A stretch of 64,000 nt of DNA, taken from the IMG/VR virus record IMGVR_UViG_3300009180_000025. One strand, given 5' to 3'. The first letter of the stretch is position 1, and each line of letters begins with the position of its first letter. Below are positions 27,575-37,069 of this stretch, in pieces. Source of the DNA: an uncultured virus (IMG/VR IMGVR_UViG_3300009180_000025) (Duplodnaviria; Heunggongvirae; Uroviricota; Caudoviricetes). The notes under the pieces are model-generated. The model had not been told where the DNA came from, ran no database searches, and was given only the letters and a program-made list of their open reading frames with translations. A program made the translations under genes and the position numbers.

Positions 27575-28211
27575 GATCAAAGTGCCTTTCATATACGTGA
27601 AGTGATGCAACGTTCCAATAAATGTGTCCCGGCTCATAACCCAGGCTTTCACACATCAAGCCCAAAACATATTTCTGCCAAGCGTAATCGTTCTTATACC
27701 CAAACACAACATCGTTTGATCGCATGTATACTAGAGCGTGAAGACGATTCTCGCGGATCATATATTGTACGGTGTTTGTGCACATGAAATCGCTGCGCCC
27801 AAAAGCATTATAATCATTCCACATATTTGGTCGTGTATAGATCATCGTAGCCCGTCGAGACTCAGGGTTCTTCTTGAGTTCTTTTACTACGTTATTATAT
27901 TGTGAGGAATTTTCCTTCGACCAAATACACCAACCATAGTTTGAGTTGATATATCCACTTGGGTCTGCCACCTGTCGCCAGATAGCGGGAGGACCACCTG
28001 GAATATCGTTAACATTAAGAGACATCGACTCATACCATTCCAACTCTCGTTGAATGTAGTTTTTATCAATGGTGCCAAATATAGTCGGTTCATCTGCAAT
28101 GAAACTGGCATTCATGATCTCAAGCATCTTAACGCCTGATTTATCATTAACAAACACGCCATCTTTTAAGTGCTGCTTAAAGAACAAACGAATTTGATTA
28201 AGTGTCATCAT
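27564..28211 (-). CDS. gp42: dCMP hydroxymethylase (T4 gp42-like)
   Basis: INSNYGW, DFMCTNTVQY, MRSNDVVFGYKNDYAWQ with the cytosine-specifying Asp, SLHVYERHF. Confidence 0.9.
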   Translation of the reverse strand: MMTLNQIRLFFKQHLKDGVFVNDKSGVKMLEIMNASFIADEPTIFGTIDKNYIQRELEWYESMSLNVNDIPGGPPAIWRQVADPSGYINSNYGWCIWSKENSSQYNNVVKELKKNPESRRATMIYTRPNMWNDYNAFGRSDFMCTNTVQYMIRENRLHALVYMRSNDVVFGYKNDYAWQKYVLGLMCESLGYEPGHIYWNVASLHVYERHFDLVK

Positions 28212-28594
28212 TTATTGCGATCCACATCGTAGAAGAAAATGGACTTAGCATCTGGGTTAGCATCCTGGTTAGGCTCGTACTTATTATTAAAGATGTCGCG
28301 CGCGGGATCTTGACCTTCGATTTTACCACGGAGCCAAGATACAGCGAAAGAAGCGTAGTTAATGAGATCTTTATAGGTATCTTCAAGAGACTCAAAGTTT
28401 GCTTGATCAGCTCGGCCAGACTCAAGAAGAGACTGAGCACGATACATTTTACCCTGCATGGTATCGTGGATCGTATCTACCCCACGACGATAGTGCATGG
28501 CTTGAACTACGTTTGAGTTTGGATTTTGATAGTCTTGGGACTTCTTGAGTTGTAGGTCGATGCATCCTTGAAGTACTTTTACTGATTCTTTCAC
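28208..28594 (-). CDS. Nucleotide-modification-associated domain protein (Nmad1/DUF1599-like)
   Basis: KKSQDY, ESLEDTYKDLINYASF; gene context. Confidence 0.7.
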   Translation of the reverse strand: MKESVKVLQGCIDLQLKKSQDYQNPNSNVVQAMHYRRGVDTIHDTMQGKMYRAQSLLESGRADQANFESLEDTYKDLINYASFAVSWLRGKIEGQDPARDIFNNKYEPNQDANPDAKSIFFYDVDRNK

Positions 28595-29037
28595 GCTACT
28601 CTCCTGAGTTTGATCGAGTTCTCGTACAATACACGAGACCTGTCTTCTGATATATTACAAATTTTCAAACAGTTTGTCAATGGATAATTTCGGCACTTTA
28701 CTCCATTATTCGTAGATACCATCGTATAAGAGTTCACATGATTTACTGACAAATAGAGTTCAGCCAAATCATTCTCAGTCTCAGGTACGCGTATGAAAAA
28801 TAGAAGGGGAACTGAATCAACATTCTTCCACATAATCTTTGTATAGTTGTCGCTCATCCAAAATCCGCGTGTCGATTTATTTAGCCGAAACGTTTTGACG
28901 GCGTACTTCATTTCATTGATGTAACCATCTTTCTCGGAGTCGTACTTATAGATACTTCGAGTAGAATCGAAAAATTCTTGAACGACAACTTCACCGATAT
29001 CACCAATGATTTCGGCGTTAGTATTAGACATTGTCAT
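28591..29037 (-). CDS. Hypothetical protein, possible PD-(D/E)xK nuclease fold
   Basis: GDIGE...DSEKD...AVKT. Confidence 0.45.
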   Translation of the reverse strand: MTMSNTNAEIIGDIGEVVVQEFFDSTRSIYKYDSEKDGYINEMKYAVKTFRLNKSTRGFWMSDNYTKIMWKNVDSVPLLFFIRVPETENDLAELYLSVNHVNSYTMVSTNNGVKCRNYPLTNCLKICNISEDRSRVLYENSIKLRRVA

Positions 29038-29290
29038 AATGCTTCTTCCATGCTGAACCAACTGTGCCGAGACCAATACCCGATAGGTAAACCTGATACA
29101 TAATCCGAGATACTTCCACAGGTGTTCTTGCTTTATGTAAGTCGTGTTTGATGCGATTAACTGAAGTTGCTTGATTAATAGACTTCTTGGGCATCTTTTC
29201 AACAAGACTATTAGCAGTTTCGCGAGATTGATGGATAGGCATTTTATCCAGACTTTGAAGGATCTTGACGTCAAACAATTCTTTTTTCAC
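29024..29290 (-). CDS. Hypothetical protein
   Basis: GTG start overlapping the upstream stop. Confidence 0.55.
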   Translation of the reverse strand: MKKELFDVKILQSLDKMPIHQSRETANSLVEKMPKKSINQATSVNRIKHDLHKARTPVEVSRIMYQVYLSGIGLGTVGSAWKKHYDNV

Positions 29291-29457
29291 GTGTTGTCAC
29301 TTTCTTTTTGCTGTGAATAGACGAAGTCAATGTGTTCTTCAATCTTATCCCACGCTTCTTGAATCGCGGGAGTGCCTTCTGATCGAATAGCTTTACGTAA
29401 GGCGTTGATCTGATTAAACATCTTTACTACTTTACGATTTCCGTATCTTTCAGTCAT
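29287..29457 (-). CDS. Small hypothetical protein (MTERYGNRK..., 56 aa; not in ORF track)
   Basis: Manual translation; overlaps neighbouring genes at both ends. Confidence 0.6.
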   Translation of the reverse strand: MTERYGNRKVVKMFNQINALRKAIRSEGTPAIQEAWDKIEEHIDFVYSQQKESDNT

Positions 29458-29609
29458 AGCACACCAGCAACTTTAAGACCAATCATTACAATATCGTGAC
29501 CAGCGCGAAAAGCACCATAGATAGCAAAAATAATGACTACTATAGCAGTAAACGTAATAATAGGTTGAACCTTTACTGCAAACATTTCGTCATTGTCATG
29601 ATCACTCAT
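29454..29609 (-). CDS. Small membrane protein
   Basis: Start MSDHD; one TM helix. Confidence 0.5.
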   Translation of the reverse strand: MSDHDNDEMFAVKVQPIITFTAIVVIIFAIYGAFRAGHDIVMIGLKVAGVL

Positions 29610-29793
29610 TCTCTTTCCCCTTTTCCAACGCAGCCCTTGCAGCCTCCAACTTATCATAAGCAGCAGCACGAGCAGCATAAACAGCCATAGCAGCAGCACG
29701 AGTAGCCTTAGCAGCCATAGCAGCATCAGCAGTAGCCTTAGCAGCCTCAGCCTCAGCTACATCAGCTTCAAGTTCTTCTAGGGTTTTGGTCAT
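29602..29793 (-). CDS. Ala-rich low-complexity small protein
   Basis: GCT-rich repeats. Confidence 0.55.
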   Translation of the reverse strand: MTKTLEELEADVAEAEAAKATADAAMAAKATRAAAMAVYAARAAAYDKLEAARAALEKGKENE

Positions 29794-30140
29794 TCCTTCC
29801 CCACCAGTTCAGCCAGCACGGCAGCGGAATCATCCAACAACTGCGCCCACCCAGTATGATCCTCTGCATCAGGTGCAGCGTTAAGTATGCGCTTGATAAT
29901 ATCCATAGCCTTGGCGAGTTTTTCCTCTAGCCCATCTTTTACTTGCCCATAGAGTTCGTTTATCTCATACAACTCTAACTCCAAATCTTCGATATAAGTA
30001 ATGGCTTCTGATGGTGTCTTACTACCAGTACCATAGCCTAAGTCAAACAGTCTCTGCTTTAGTGAGTCAGTCATCTCGTCCACTTGGTCAAACGTTGGCA
30101 TATCGTAAACGTCACTCATTTTTTGCCCTAAGGAAATCAT
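29790..30140 (-). CDS. Hypothetical protein
   Basis: AGGAG SD before MISLG. Confidence 0.55.
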   Translation of the reverse strand: MISLGQKMSDVYDMPTFDQVDEMTDSLKQRLFDLGYGTGSKTPSEAITYIEDLELELYEINELYGQVKDGLEEKLAKAMDIIKRILNAAPDAEDHTGWAQLLDDSAAVLAELVGKE

Positions 30141-30154
30141 TTTATTTTCTCCTA

Positions 30155-30484
30155 TCAAAAGTTGAAATCATAAAATTTGCGGGGTTCACGGGCAATACGG
30201 TGTTTGCCATAGTATGACCAGAAGTAACCGTCAGCGCGCTTACGAGCTTTGATTACAGGATTAGCTTCATTTGATTGGATGATCCACTTCTGGTCTTCTT
30301 GGTTAGCGCAGTTAGCAGTGAAACCACCTGCAACAAAATCCGGAACCCAAGTTGGGTCGCGCTCAGCGTCCATCTCACGAATGAGGATTTGCTTGCCGGA
30401 CTTAGTCACAGACAAGATTTCAAAGGGTTTTACGTCGCTATAACCAATCTGGTTCGCGTAACTAGTGGGAAGAGCATTAGCCAT
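30155..30484 (-). CDS. Hypothetical early protein
   Basis: Follows the cassette leader; C-terminal REPRKFYDFNF. Confidence 0.65.
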   Translation of the reverse strand: MANALPTSYANQIGYSDVKPFEILSVTKSGKQILIREMDAERDPTWVPDFVAGGFTANCANQEDQKWIIQSNEANPVIKARKRADGYFWSYYGKHRIAREPRKFYDFNF

Positions 30485-30544
30485 GGTTGTTTCCTTTTCC
30501 ATACCTTACTCTTAGATACTATAACATGGAGCGAGAAATGTCAA
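30482..30544 (-). repeat. Early promoter/leader cassette copy 4 (TTGACA-N17-TAGTAT)
   Basis: Near-identical to 13713-13775. Confidence 0.85.
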
Positions 30545-30561
30545 CTAAAAAATGCATTTTT

Positions 30562-30960
30562 TTAAAATATTTTGCGTAGAAGTCCTGGATTATCAGAGTG
30601 ATCTGGACCAACCCAACCTTCTGGTTTAATCAGGTCTGGTAGACCAATAGGATTAGGACGACTGGCTTTAATGCCAGTTTTCTTAGCCATATTAGGCTTT
30701 AGAACTGCATCCCAGGCTTTGTATGAGTCAACCGCAAATCCATCTAGGGTTCCAATAGCCACGACACATAGATCGATTAAAGCATCTACTACGTCTTCAG
30801 GATTTTCTGCGTCTTTAAGTTCATTAAGTTCTTCCATTAAAAAGTCAATGCGAAACTGCAGAAACTTCTTGAGAGTTTCGCCATCCATCTTTTCGATGAT
30901 GGGTCGAACTCCATAGTGCTCGTGCATATCGTAGATGTCTTTTACCCAGTCTTTACTCAT
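30562..30960 (-). CDS. MazG/PRA-PH-like nucleoside triphosphate pyrophosphohydrolase
   Basis: EELNEL...DVVDALIDL, NMAK, DLIKPEGW. Confidence 0.8.
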   Translation of the reverse strand: MSKDWVKDIYDMHEHYGVRPIIEKMDGETLKKFLQFRIDFLMEELNELKDAENPEDVVDALIDLCVVAIGTLDGFAVDSYKAWDAVLKPNMAKKTGIKASRPNPIGLPDLIKPEGWVGPDHSDNPGLLRKIF

Positions 30961-31490
30961 GCTATCCACTCCGGTATTTGGCGATTTGTCCATTTATGCA
31001 TTCTCTGCTTCGCTACGCGATAGTAGTTGCGATAAGACGTAACAGAGTCGTGTTCTACTTTATACTCATCCGGCATAGCCGGTGTTACTGGCGTTAGGTA
31101 TCCTACATGGATATTATGAGGAGTAGAGCGCAAAGAGTCCACTAGAGTGGCACACTTATGGACTTTACCATATCGGTAGGTGTATTCATCTAGCAAGGCA
31201 AGAAAATGAGCATAGAGCCAGTTGTAATTGTTATTCGAATTCCTGCACCACACAGCAGATGGGTGGTTAATATGTGTTGCCTGATAGAGAACGGCGTCGC
31301 GAAAGTCTGGAAGACGCCAGCGCTTAGCTTTACGGCCAGATAGAGACTGGCCGACAAACTCTTCGCCATCAATGACACGATGGGCTGTAGAAAGGAGTTG
31401 CGCGGTTTCTAGGATCATTTTGACAACATGTTTGTCAACCATCATCCGCGCGGCTTCGAATGGATCTTCACTGATATAGAAGATGTTCAC
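30957..31490 (-). CDS. Pyrimidine-dimer DNA glycosylase family protein
   Basis: MNIF...DKHVVKMILETAQLLSTAH, HINHPS, EYTYRYGKVH, AMPDEYK. Confidence 0.8.
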   Translation of the reverse strand: MNIFYISEDPFEAARMMVDKHVVKMILETAQLLSTAHRVIDGEEFVGQSLSGRKAKRWRLPDFRDAVLYQATHINHPSAVWCRNSNNNYNWLYAHFLALLDEYTYRYGKVHKCATLVDSLRSTPHNIHVGYLTPVTPAMPDEYKVEHDSVTSYRNYYRVAKQRMHKWTNRQIPEWIA

Positions 31491-31771
31491 TTGTTTTTTG
31501 TTCCTTGTTCTTTTTCTGCTTCTTCGATAGCACGGGTTAGAGCTTCATTAATCCAAGCTTCGATGTGAATTTGAAGATCACTGAATTCTTCTTGATCCAT
31601 CTTCTCTTGATCCACTGCTATCATGTTATTATTACCATCTATCTTGAAAATGTCAATAGACATTTGCATAGTTCCGTCATCATTTTCAAAAAGAAAGTCT
31701 TCATGAATTGGGATGCTGATGAAGTAGTCTTTGATCCTGAATCCAGGACGCTTATGCTGATCTAGTTCCAT
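31487..31771 (-). CDS. Hypothetical acidic protein
   Basis: Coupled ORF. Confidence 0.55.
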   Translation of the reverse strand: MELDQHKRPGFRIKDYFISIPIHEDFLFENDDGTMQMSIDIFKIDGNNNMIAVDQEKMDQEEFSDLQIHIEAWINEALTRAIEEAEKEQGTKNK

Positions 31772-32255
31772 TTAAGTACTCCTTCTGCTTTTTGAAAGCT
31801 TTCTCACGATGATATGCATTTGCTCGGCTATAGAAGATGGTGCCATCCAGGTGATCCATCTCATGCTGAATTACTCTAGCAGTAAGACCTGCTACGTTAA
31901 TCGTATCGATTCCTCCTGATGGAGTCTGAAACCGCAACCTTACTGTGTTCCAACGCTTCACCTTTACATTGATTCCTGGAAACGATAAGCAACCCTCTTC
32001 CAATAAATTCTGTTCGTCACTGTGACTGACGATTTTTGGATTGAAGCAGGCGTAGTTCTGATTCTCTCCTCGCATTACAAATACACGTAAAGGATGGCGA
32101 ATTTGATTTGCAGACAGTCCAATAGACTTATGATCATTCATAGTCTTCAACATCTCTTCAACCAATTCAAACTGGTTAACTTGCGGGTTAGTAAAATCAA
32201 ACTTAGCCGTAGGAATAGTTAGTACTGGATCAGGAAATTTTACTATCTGTGTCAT
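31752..32255 (-). CDS. def: Peptide deformylase
   Basis: GLSANQI, EGCLS, QHEMDHLDG. Confidence 0.95.
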   Translation of the reverse strand: MTQIVKFPDPVLTIPTAKFDFTNPQVNQFELVEEMLKTMNDHKSIGLSANQIRHPLRVFVMRGENQNYACFNPKIVSHSDEQNLLEEGCLSFPGINVKVKRWNTVRLRFQTPSGGIDTINVAGLTARVIQHEMDHLDGTIFYSRANAYHREKAFKKQKEYLNGTRSA

Positions 32256-33967
32256 GCTGCGATCCTGCTAAAGTTTTTGTGCTTCTCAAACTTAATCACA
32301 TTAGCGAACTTATCAACCATCTGGTCTACTTTGTGACTGATGATAAAAGTGTTCGTGTCTTGCGTCAAAGTTCCAATAATTTTGAGGAACTCATCAGTGC
32401 CATTAGAATCGAGAGACCCATCAAGCACTTCGTCCATAATCAATAGGTTCGTCGATGCACTATTACGTAACCGAGCAATAGCCCTCCAAGTGAATAGGAT
32501 CGATAGATTAATCCTCATCTTTTCACCTTCTGAGAACGATGAGTAACTGAATTCATCGCGAAATCGTGACTTGATCTTTTCTTCAAAGTTCTCATCCATC
32601 TCAAAGTTAACGAAGAAGTCCATAGCAGACAGATACTTATTGATTAATTTATTTATGACTGGCACGTATTGCTTGATGATTTTAGCTTTGATACCGGTAT
32701 CTTTGAGGATAATAGCCGATACACTGAGCGCGTCTTTATCTCGAAGAAGTTCTGCTTTTTCATCCGAGAGTCTACCAATCATTTTTTCAAGCTCTTTCAT
32801 CTTATCATCATCGACTTCAAGCTTATTGCTACTATCTTGAATATCTTTAATTTGCTTTACTAGATTCTTACACTGATCCATAAGACCATTAATGGAAATA
32901 TTCTTAGCAACGATATCGATGTTTAGCGAATTAATGTTAGACATCACATCGGAGATAGACTTAAGGCGTTCAAAGACTCGAGTTATTTCTTCTTGAAGTT
33001 GACTATTAGCTTCATTGGTTTCTTTAGCCTGATTTTGTTTATGGGCTATTGTATCACACTTAAACTCTTCATCGATGTCTTGCTTACACGTAGGACATGC
33101 ATCATGAGAAGAAAAGAATTCTATTTCAGACTCAAGTTTAGAAACTTTATCTGACAATTGAACTTCAAGTTTCTGCAAACTATTCTGTCTTTTGGCGATG
33201 GATTCTTGATCTCCAATCTCAGTTCTAAGCAATTGAATTTCATCACCAAGTTGCTTGACTAAGTTTCTTTCATCGAAGATGCGAGTTGTGTTTTTATTTA
33301 ATTCGGCTTTGAGAACTGTAACCCGTTCTTCATTATTACGTTGGATCGCAGAGATGTATTCATTCTGCATTCGTATCTTTTCAGATGTCAAACTGTGCTC
33401 ATACTCAACGTTTACTAGAGTAGACGAGTTTAAACTTATCTTTTCTTTCAAGAGTGAGTTCATCACAGAGAAGATTTGAATGTCAAGAAGGTCTTCAATA
33501 ACTTCTCGCCGTTGACCTCCAGGAAGTTCCATAAATGGAACGAAAGAAGCTGAGCCGAGAACTACTACCTGACAGAAACTTTTATGATTAAGCTTGAGGA
33601 TTTGCTTCTCGAGCACAGTCTGATAATCACGGTCAGCCGCTTCTTGGTTGAGAAGCTTACCATTCTGATAAACTTCAAATAAGTTTGGCTTCATGCCACG
33701 CTTGATGTGATATTGATTCAAACCAATACTGAAGTCAATCTCGACCAAGACGTCTTTCTTATTGATCGAGTTTATGAGTTGTGGCTTATTGATTTTACGG
33801 AATGGTCTGTTATACAACACAAACAATAAAGCATCAAGAAGAGTAGACTTTCCTGCTCCGTTCTCACCTACAATGAGAGTGGAATCAGTTTTATTTAGTT
33901 GTATTTCAGTGAAAGAGTTTCCGGTAGATAAGAAGTTTTTCCAACGGATCGCTGTAAAATATATCAT
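32252..33967 (-). CDS. gp46: Recombination endonuclease ATPase subunit
   Basis: GENGAGKS, CPTC hook, FSEGE, MDEVLD. Confidence 0.96.
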   Translation of the reverse strand: MIYFTAIRWKNFLSTGNSFTEIQLNKTDSTLIVGENGAGKSTLLDALLFVLYNRPFRKINKPQLINSINKKDVLVEIDFSIGLNQYHIKRGMKPNLFEVYQNGKLLNQEAADRDYQTVLEKQILKLNHKSFCQVVVLGSASFVPFMELPGGQRREVIEDLLDIQIFSVMNSLLKEKISLNSSTLVNVEYEHSLTSEKIRMQNEYISAIQRNNEERVTVLKAELNKNTTRIFDERNLVKQLGDEIQLLRTEIGDQESIAKRQNSLQKLEVQLSDKVSKLESEIEFFSSHDACPTCKQDIDEEFKCDTIAHKQNQAKETNEANSQLQEEITRVFERLKSISDVMSNINSLNIDIVAKNISINGLMDQCKNLVKQIKDIQDSSNKLEVDDDKMKELEKMIGRLSDEKAELLRDKDALSVSAIILKDTGIKAKIIKQYVPVINKLINKYLSAMDFFVNFEMDENFEEKIKSRFRDEFSYSSFSEGEKMRINLSILFTWRAIARLRNSASTNLLIMDEVLDGSLDSNGTDEFLKIIGTLTQDTNTFIISHKVDQMVDKFANVIKFEKHKNFSRIAA

Positions 33968-35034
33968 TCTATCTCGTGTGCTTCAATGTATAGTGATTGG
34001 ATGATGTTCTCAACGCGCTTCTTGTCTGTATTTACGTTCATCGTATCGATGTATTTGCGGATGATTGTGATTGTATCTTCAGCTTCATTGACGATATCTG
34101 AATCGTCTTCTAGGTTTAAGTTGAAGTGATCTTCGACTATCTGAATGTCAGCTGGTCCAGCTTTCTCAATCTTGTCAATCACCAGATCAAACCAATAAGG
34201 ATTAGTCTTGTTCTTGACGATTACTTTAACATACGTATTCTTGTATTGTTCAGCATCGAAGATTAGAACGTCATCCATATTTTTTTCAGTATCGTCGTAG
34301 TGAAACTTAAAGAATATAGTATACGGGTTTTCGATAAATGTCAACCCCCTAGTTTCAGTATCTAAGATATAAAAACCTTTGGTGTCTCCATAATCAGACC
34401 AAGTGTATTGGGCTGGGGTTCCGAGATAATTGATGTTCGAACTAGAAGAACGAGTGTGATAATGACCAGAACAGACAAGATCAAATTTATCAAAAAGCTT
34501 AGGATCGTCACCATGTTCATTTATTTGCCCCCTATACATTTCAAAACCATTTAGCTCCAAGTGTCCCATTAAGATTGGAGCAGTTGTTTCATCAATAGCT
34601 TTCATGCACTTATCGCGATTCTCATCGCAAATCCATGGAAGCATAAAAATCTTTGAGCCATCGGCAAAATCTATTTCGCCAGCGGTGTTATCATATATCT
34701 TAAAATTGTTATATTTACCATCAAGAAGTTCACGCAGACTATTGACTTGATTCGTATTCTTAAAATACGTGTCGTGGTTTCCAGCAATGATATGTACATC
34801 GATGTTTCGCTGGCGAAGTGGATCGAGAAAATCGTCGCGAAGGCGTCTTGCTGTTACGTAATTGATGTACTTACGACGATCAACGAGATCGCCAAGGTGG
34901 ATCACAGTAGTGATATTATCTTTATCAATTACTGGAAAAAAAACTTCATCGAAGAACTTCTTCATCTGATTCAACATCACTGGAGAATCGTTTCTGATTC
35001 CCCAGTGCGTATCTGTAATTAATGCAATTTTCAA
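33964..35034 (-). CDS. gp47: Recombination endonuclease nuclease subunit
   Basis: DTHWG, GDLVD, GNHD, GHLE, SGHYH. Confidence 0.96.
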   Translation of the reverse strand: MKIALITDTHWGIRNDSPVMLNQMKKFFDEVFFPVIDKDNITTVIHLGDLVDRRKYINYVTARRLRDDFLDPLRQRNIDVHIIAGNHDTYFKNTNQVNSLRELLDGKYNNFKIYDNTAGEIDFADGSKIFMLPWICDENRDKCMKAIDETTAPILMGHLELNGFEMYRGQINEHGDDPKLFDKFDLVCSGHYHTRSSSSNINYLGTPAQYTWSDYGDTKGFYILDTETRGLTFIENPYTIFFKFHYDDTEKNMDDVLIFDAEQYKNTYVKVIVKNKTNPYWFDLVIDKIEKAGPADIQIVEDHFNLNLEDDSDIVNEAEDTITIIRKYIDTMNVNTDKKRVENIIQSLYIEAHEIE

Positions 35035-35621
35035 TCAGTGACCTCACCAAAGTATTTGTCTAAACTTCCTGCATTCTTCTTTGCTTTATTTTTAGCTTTC
35101 TTTTCTGCCTGTTTAGCATCATAACTAGCTACTAAATTCTGCATATAGTCATTGTCTAAGTCTACGCTGACTGGGCGATCATCACCAATGATTGATTGTT
35201 CAGCAAGCATTCCTTCAAAGTAAAAGTTCTCGAGAGTCTTTTGCTTTATATAAAGATGCTTCTTCTCACTATTGATCCTTGCGAGAAAGGCAAAATAGAT
35301 GATCTGTGTAAAATATGCGAATGGATTACTTGATTTATCGGGATCGAAGTTATTAAAATATGTAATGCACTTCTCAAGCCCATCAGCAACCATATCTTCG
35401 CGAAACGTGTAATTCACGAAGTTTGGCATAAGAGATAATCTGAATGCGATCTTATAGAGACATTCGCCAAGATATGGTGGAATTCGCGGTCTGTCTTTAT
35501 TAAGACTCGCGTATTCAGCACATTTTGCTTTATAGAGCATGATCTCCGTAAAGAATTTCTTATTATCAACATAGTGAATAGGTATCTTTTTAGCAGTTCC
35601 AATTGGTGGGAGTGTTTTCAT
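35031..35621 (-). CDS. gp55: Late sigma factor
   Basis: HYVDNK, PNFVNYT, NPFAYFTQI. Confidence 0.95.
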   Translation of the reverse strand: MKTLPPIGTAKKIPIHYVDNKKFFTEIMLYKAKCAEYASLNKDRPRIPPYLGECLYKIAFRLSLMPNFVNYTFREDMVADGLEKCITYFNNFDPDKSSNPFAYFTQIIYFAFLARINSEKKHLYIKQKTLENFYFEGMLAEQSIIGDDRPVSVDLDNDYMQNLVASYDAKQAEKKAKNKAKKNAGSLDKYFGEVTD

Positions 35622-37069
35622 AGGTTTACCGTATATATTTTATATTCAAAATCTTCTGAGTTGTAGATCTCCATGCGCTCCGTAAGATGCTGGAGTGTAT
35701 AATTAGTCCTATCGCCGTGACGAAGATCGTCTCCGATATCGTATACCGCAACAGAGTCTTTAGTGTCTGAGAGTCTCAAGCCGCGACCGATTGATTGTAG
35801 TGTTCGAACACGAGATTTTGTGGGAGAAGTGAATACCACATTATGAAGATTGCGTATGTTAACGCCGGTTGAAAATGTTCCATAGCTTGCCACGATAACT
35901 GCATTATTTTCTTTCTCAACAATTTTTCTTACATTTTCTCTATCCACTGCATCGATGCCGCCATGAATAAAGAATACTTTTCGATCTGGATCTTTGATCT
36001 TGATACTATCATATAACAGTTTACCATGTTTGTCAACAAATTGAAACAGTAAAAGTGTATTTCCAGTCAAAGAAAGTGTTAAGTTTCTCAAGAATTTGTT
36101 TCTAACTGGATTTGTTACTATCCAATTGATTTCGTCTTGATAGTCCATCTTTGAACAGAACTTTTTATCTTCTTTAGTGTGATTCAATACAATGACTTTG
36201 ATGTTAAGCTTTGCAACCTTTCCCTCATCCATCAAAGACTTAGTAGTTGTGACTTGGTGAACTGGACCAAATAGACCTTCAAGAGTAATCTTATTCGTCA
36301 GTGACCCATCAAGAGTTCCAGTGAATCCAAACCTAAAAGCAGTTTTAGTCATCTTCTCCATGATCGTAGTGAGAGACTTAGCTTTAAACTGGTGAGCTTC
36401 GTCTCCTATCACTACGTCATATTCTTCAAACCAAGAAGCTGGAAGCTTATAGATCGACTGCCAGGTCGATATCGTGATAGGTTTATTGTTATTCTTTTCT
36501 TGTCCACTATAGATCTGGTGAACGTACTTATCTGAGTCATACCCATAGTCTTTAAAATCAGATGAAAGTTGAGCTACGAGTGATGTAGTCGGAACGATGA
36601 TTAGGGTCTTCAGTCCATAGAATCTGGCGATTAGATAAATGATAAGAGACTTACCCGACGCAGTTGGTGAAACAAAGACTCTACGCTCGTCAGCTATAGC
36701 TTTACAGAACGCTTCGACTTGATAGTCTCGCGGCTTCATAGTCATGCCGATAGACTCTATGAACTTAAGATAATCTTCGGCTTTGAGTCGTGTTCCATGA
36801 ACTGGTTTTAAACTATCTTCTACGCTAAATTCGTAATCGCGAGCTTTACAGAATTGTCTGATCTCTTCAACTAATCCAACATATGTTACCGCGGTTAATG
36901 AATTGAGTAGGCGAATCTTTCCATCCCAATACTTATTGCGGACAGACGGCATAAACTTTGCGCCTGGAACTTCAAACGTTAGTTGATCAGACAGTTCTTG
37001 AACAACAGAAGACTCAGCTTCTACTTTAAGATATGTCTCATTAATCTTACGAAGATGTACTTTATCCAC
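35618..37069 (-). CDS. uvsW: RNA-DNA/DNA helicase
   Basis: SPTASGKS, DEAH, GFTGT, QSIGRGLR; probable GTG start. Confidence 0.96.
   Translation of the reverse strand: MDKVHLRKINETYLKVEAESSVVQELSDQLTFEVPGAKFMPSVRNKYWDGKIRLLNSLTAVTYVGLVEEIRQFCKARDYEFSVEDSLKPVHGTRLKAEDYLKFIESIGMTMKPRDYQVEAFCKAIADERRVFVSPTASGKSLIIYLIARFYGLKTLIIVPTTSLVAQLSSDFKDYGYDSDKYVHQIYSGQEKNNNKPITISTWQSIYKLPASWFEEYDVVIGDEAHQFKAKSLTTIMEKMTKTAFRFGFTGTLDGSLTNKITLEGLFGPVHQVTTTKSLMDEGKVAKLNIKVIVLNHTKEDKKFCSKMDYQDEINWIVTNPVRNKFLRNLTLSLTGNTLLLFQFVDKHGKLLYDSIKIKDPDRKVFFIHGGIDAVDRENVRKIVEKENNAVIVASYGTFSTGVNIRNLHNVVFTSPTKSRVRTLQSIGRGLRLSDTKDSVAVYDIGDDLRHGDRTNYTLQHLTERMEIYNSEDFEYKIYTVNL

Noticed and set aside
29602..29793. GCA/GCT-rich tract as a non-coding repeat
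   Set aside because: It encodes an Ala-rich ORF coupled to its neighbours.
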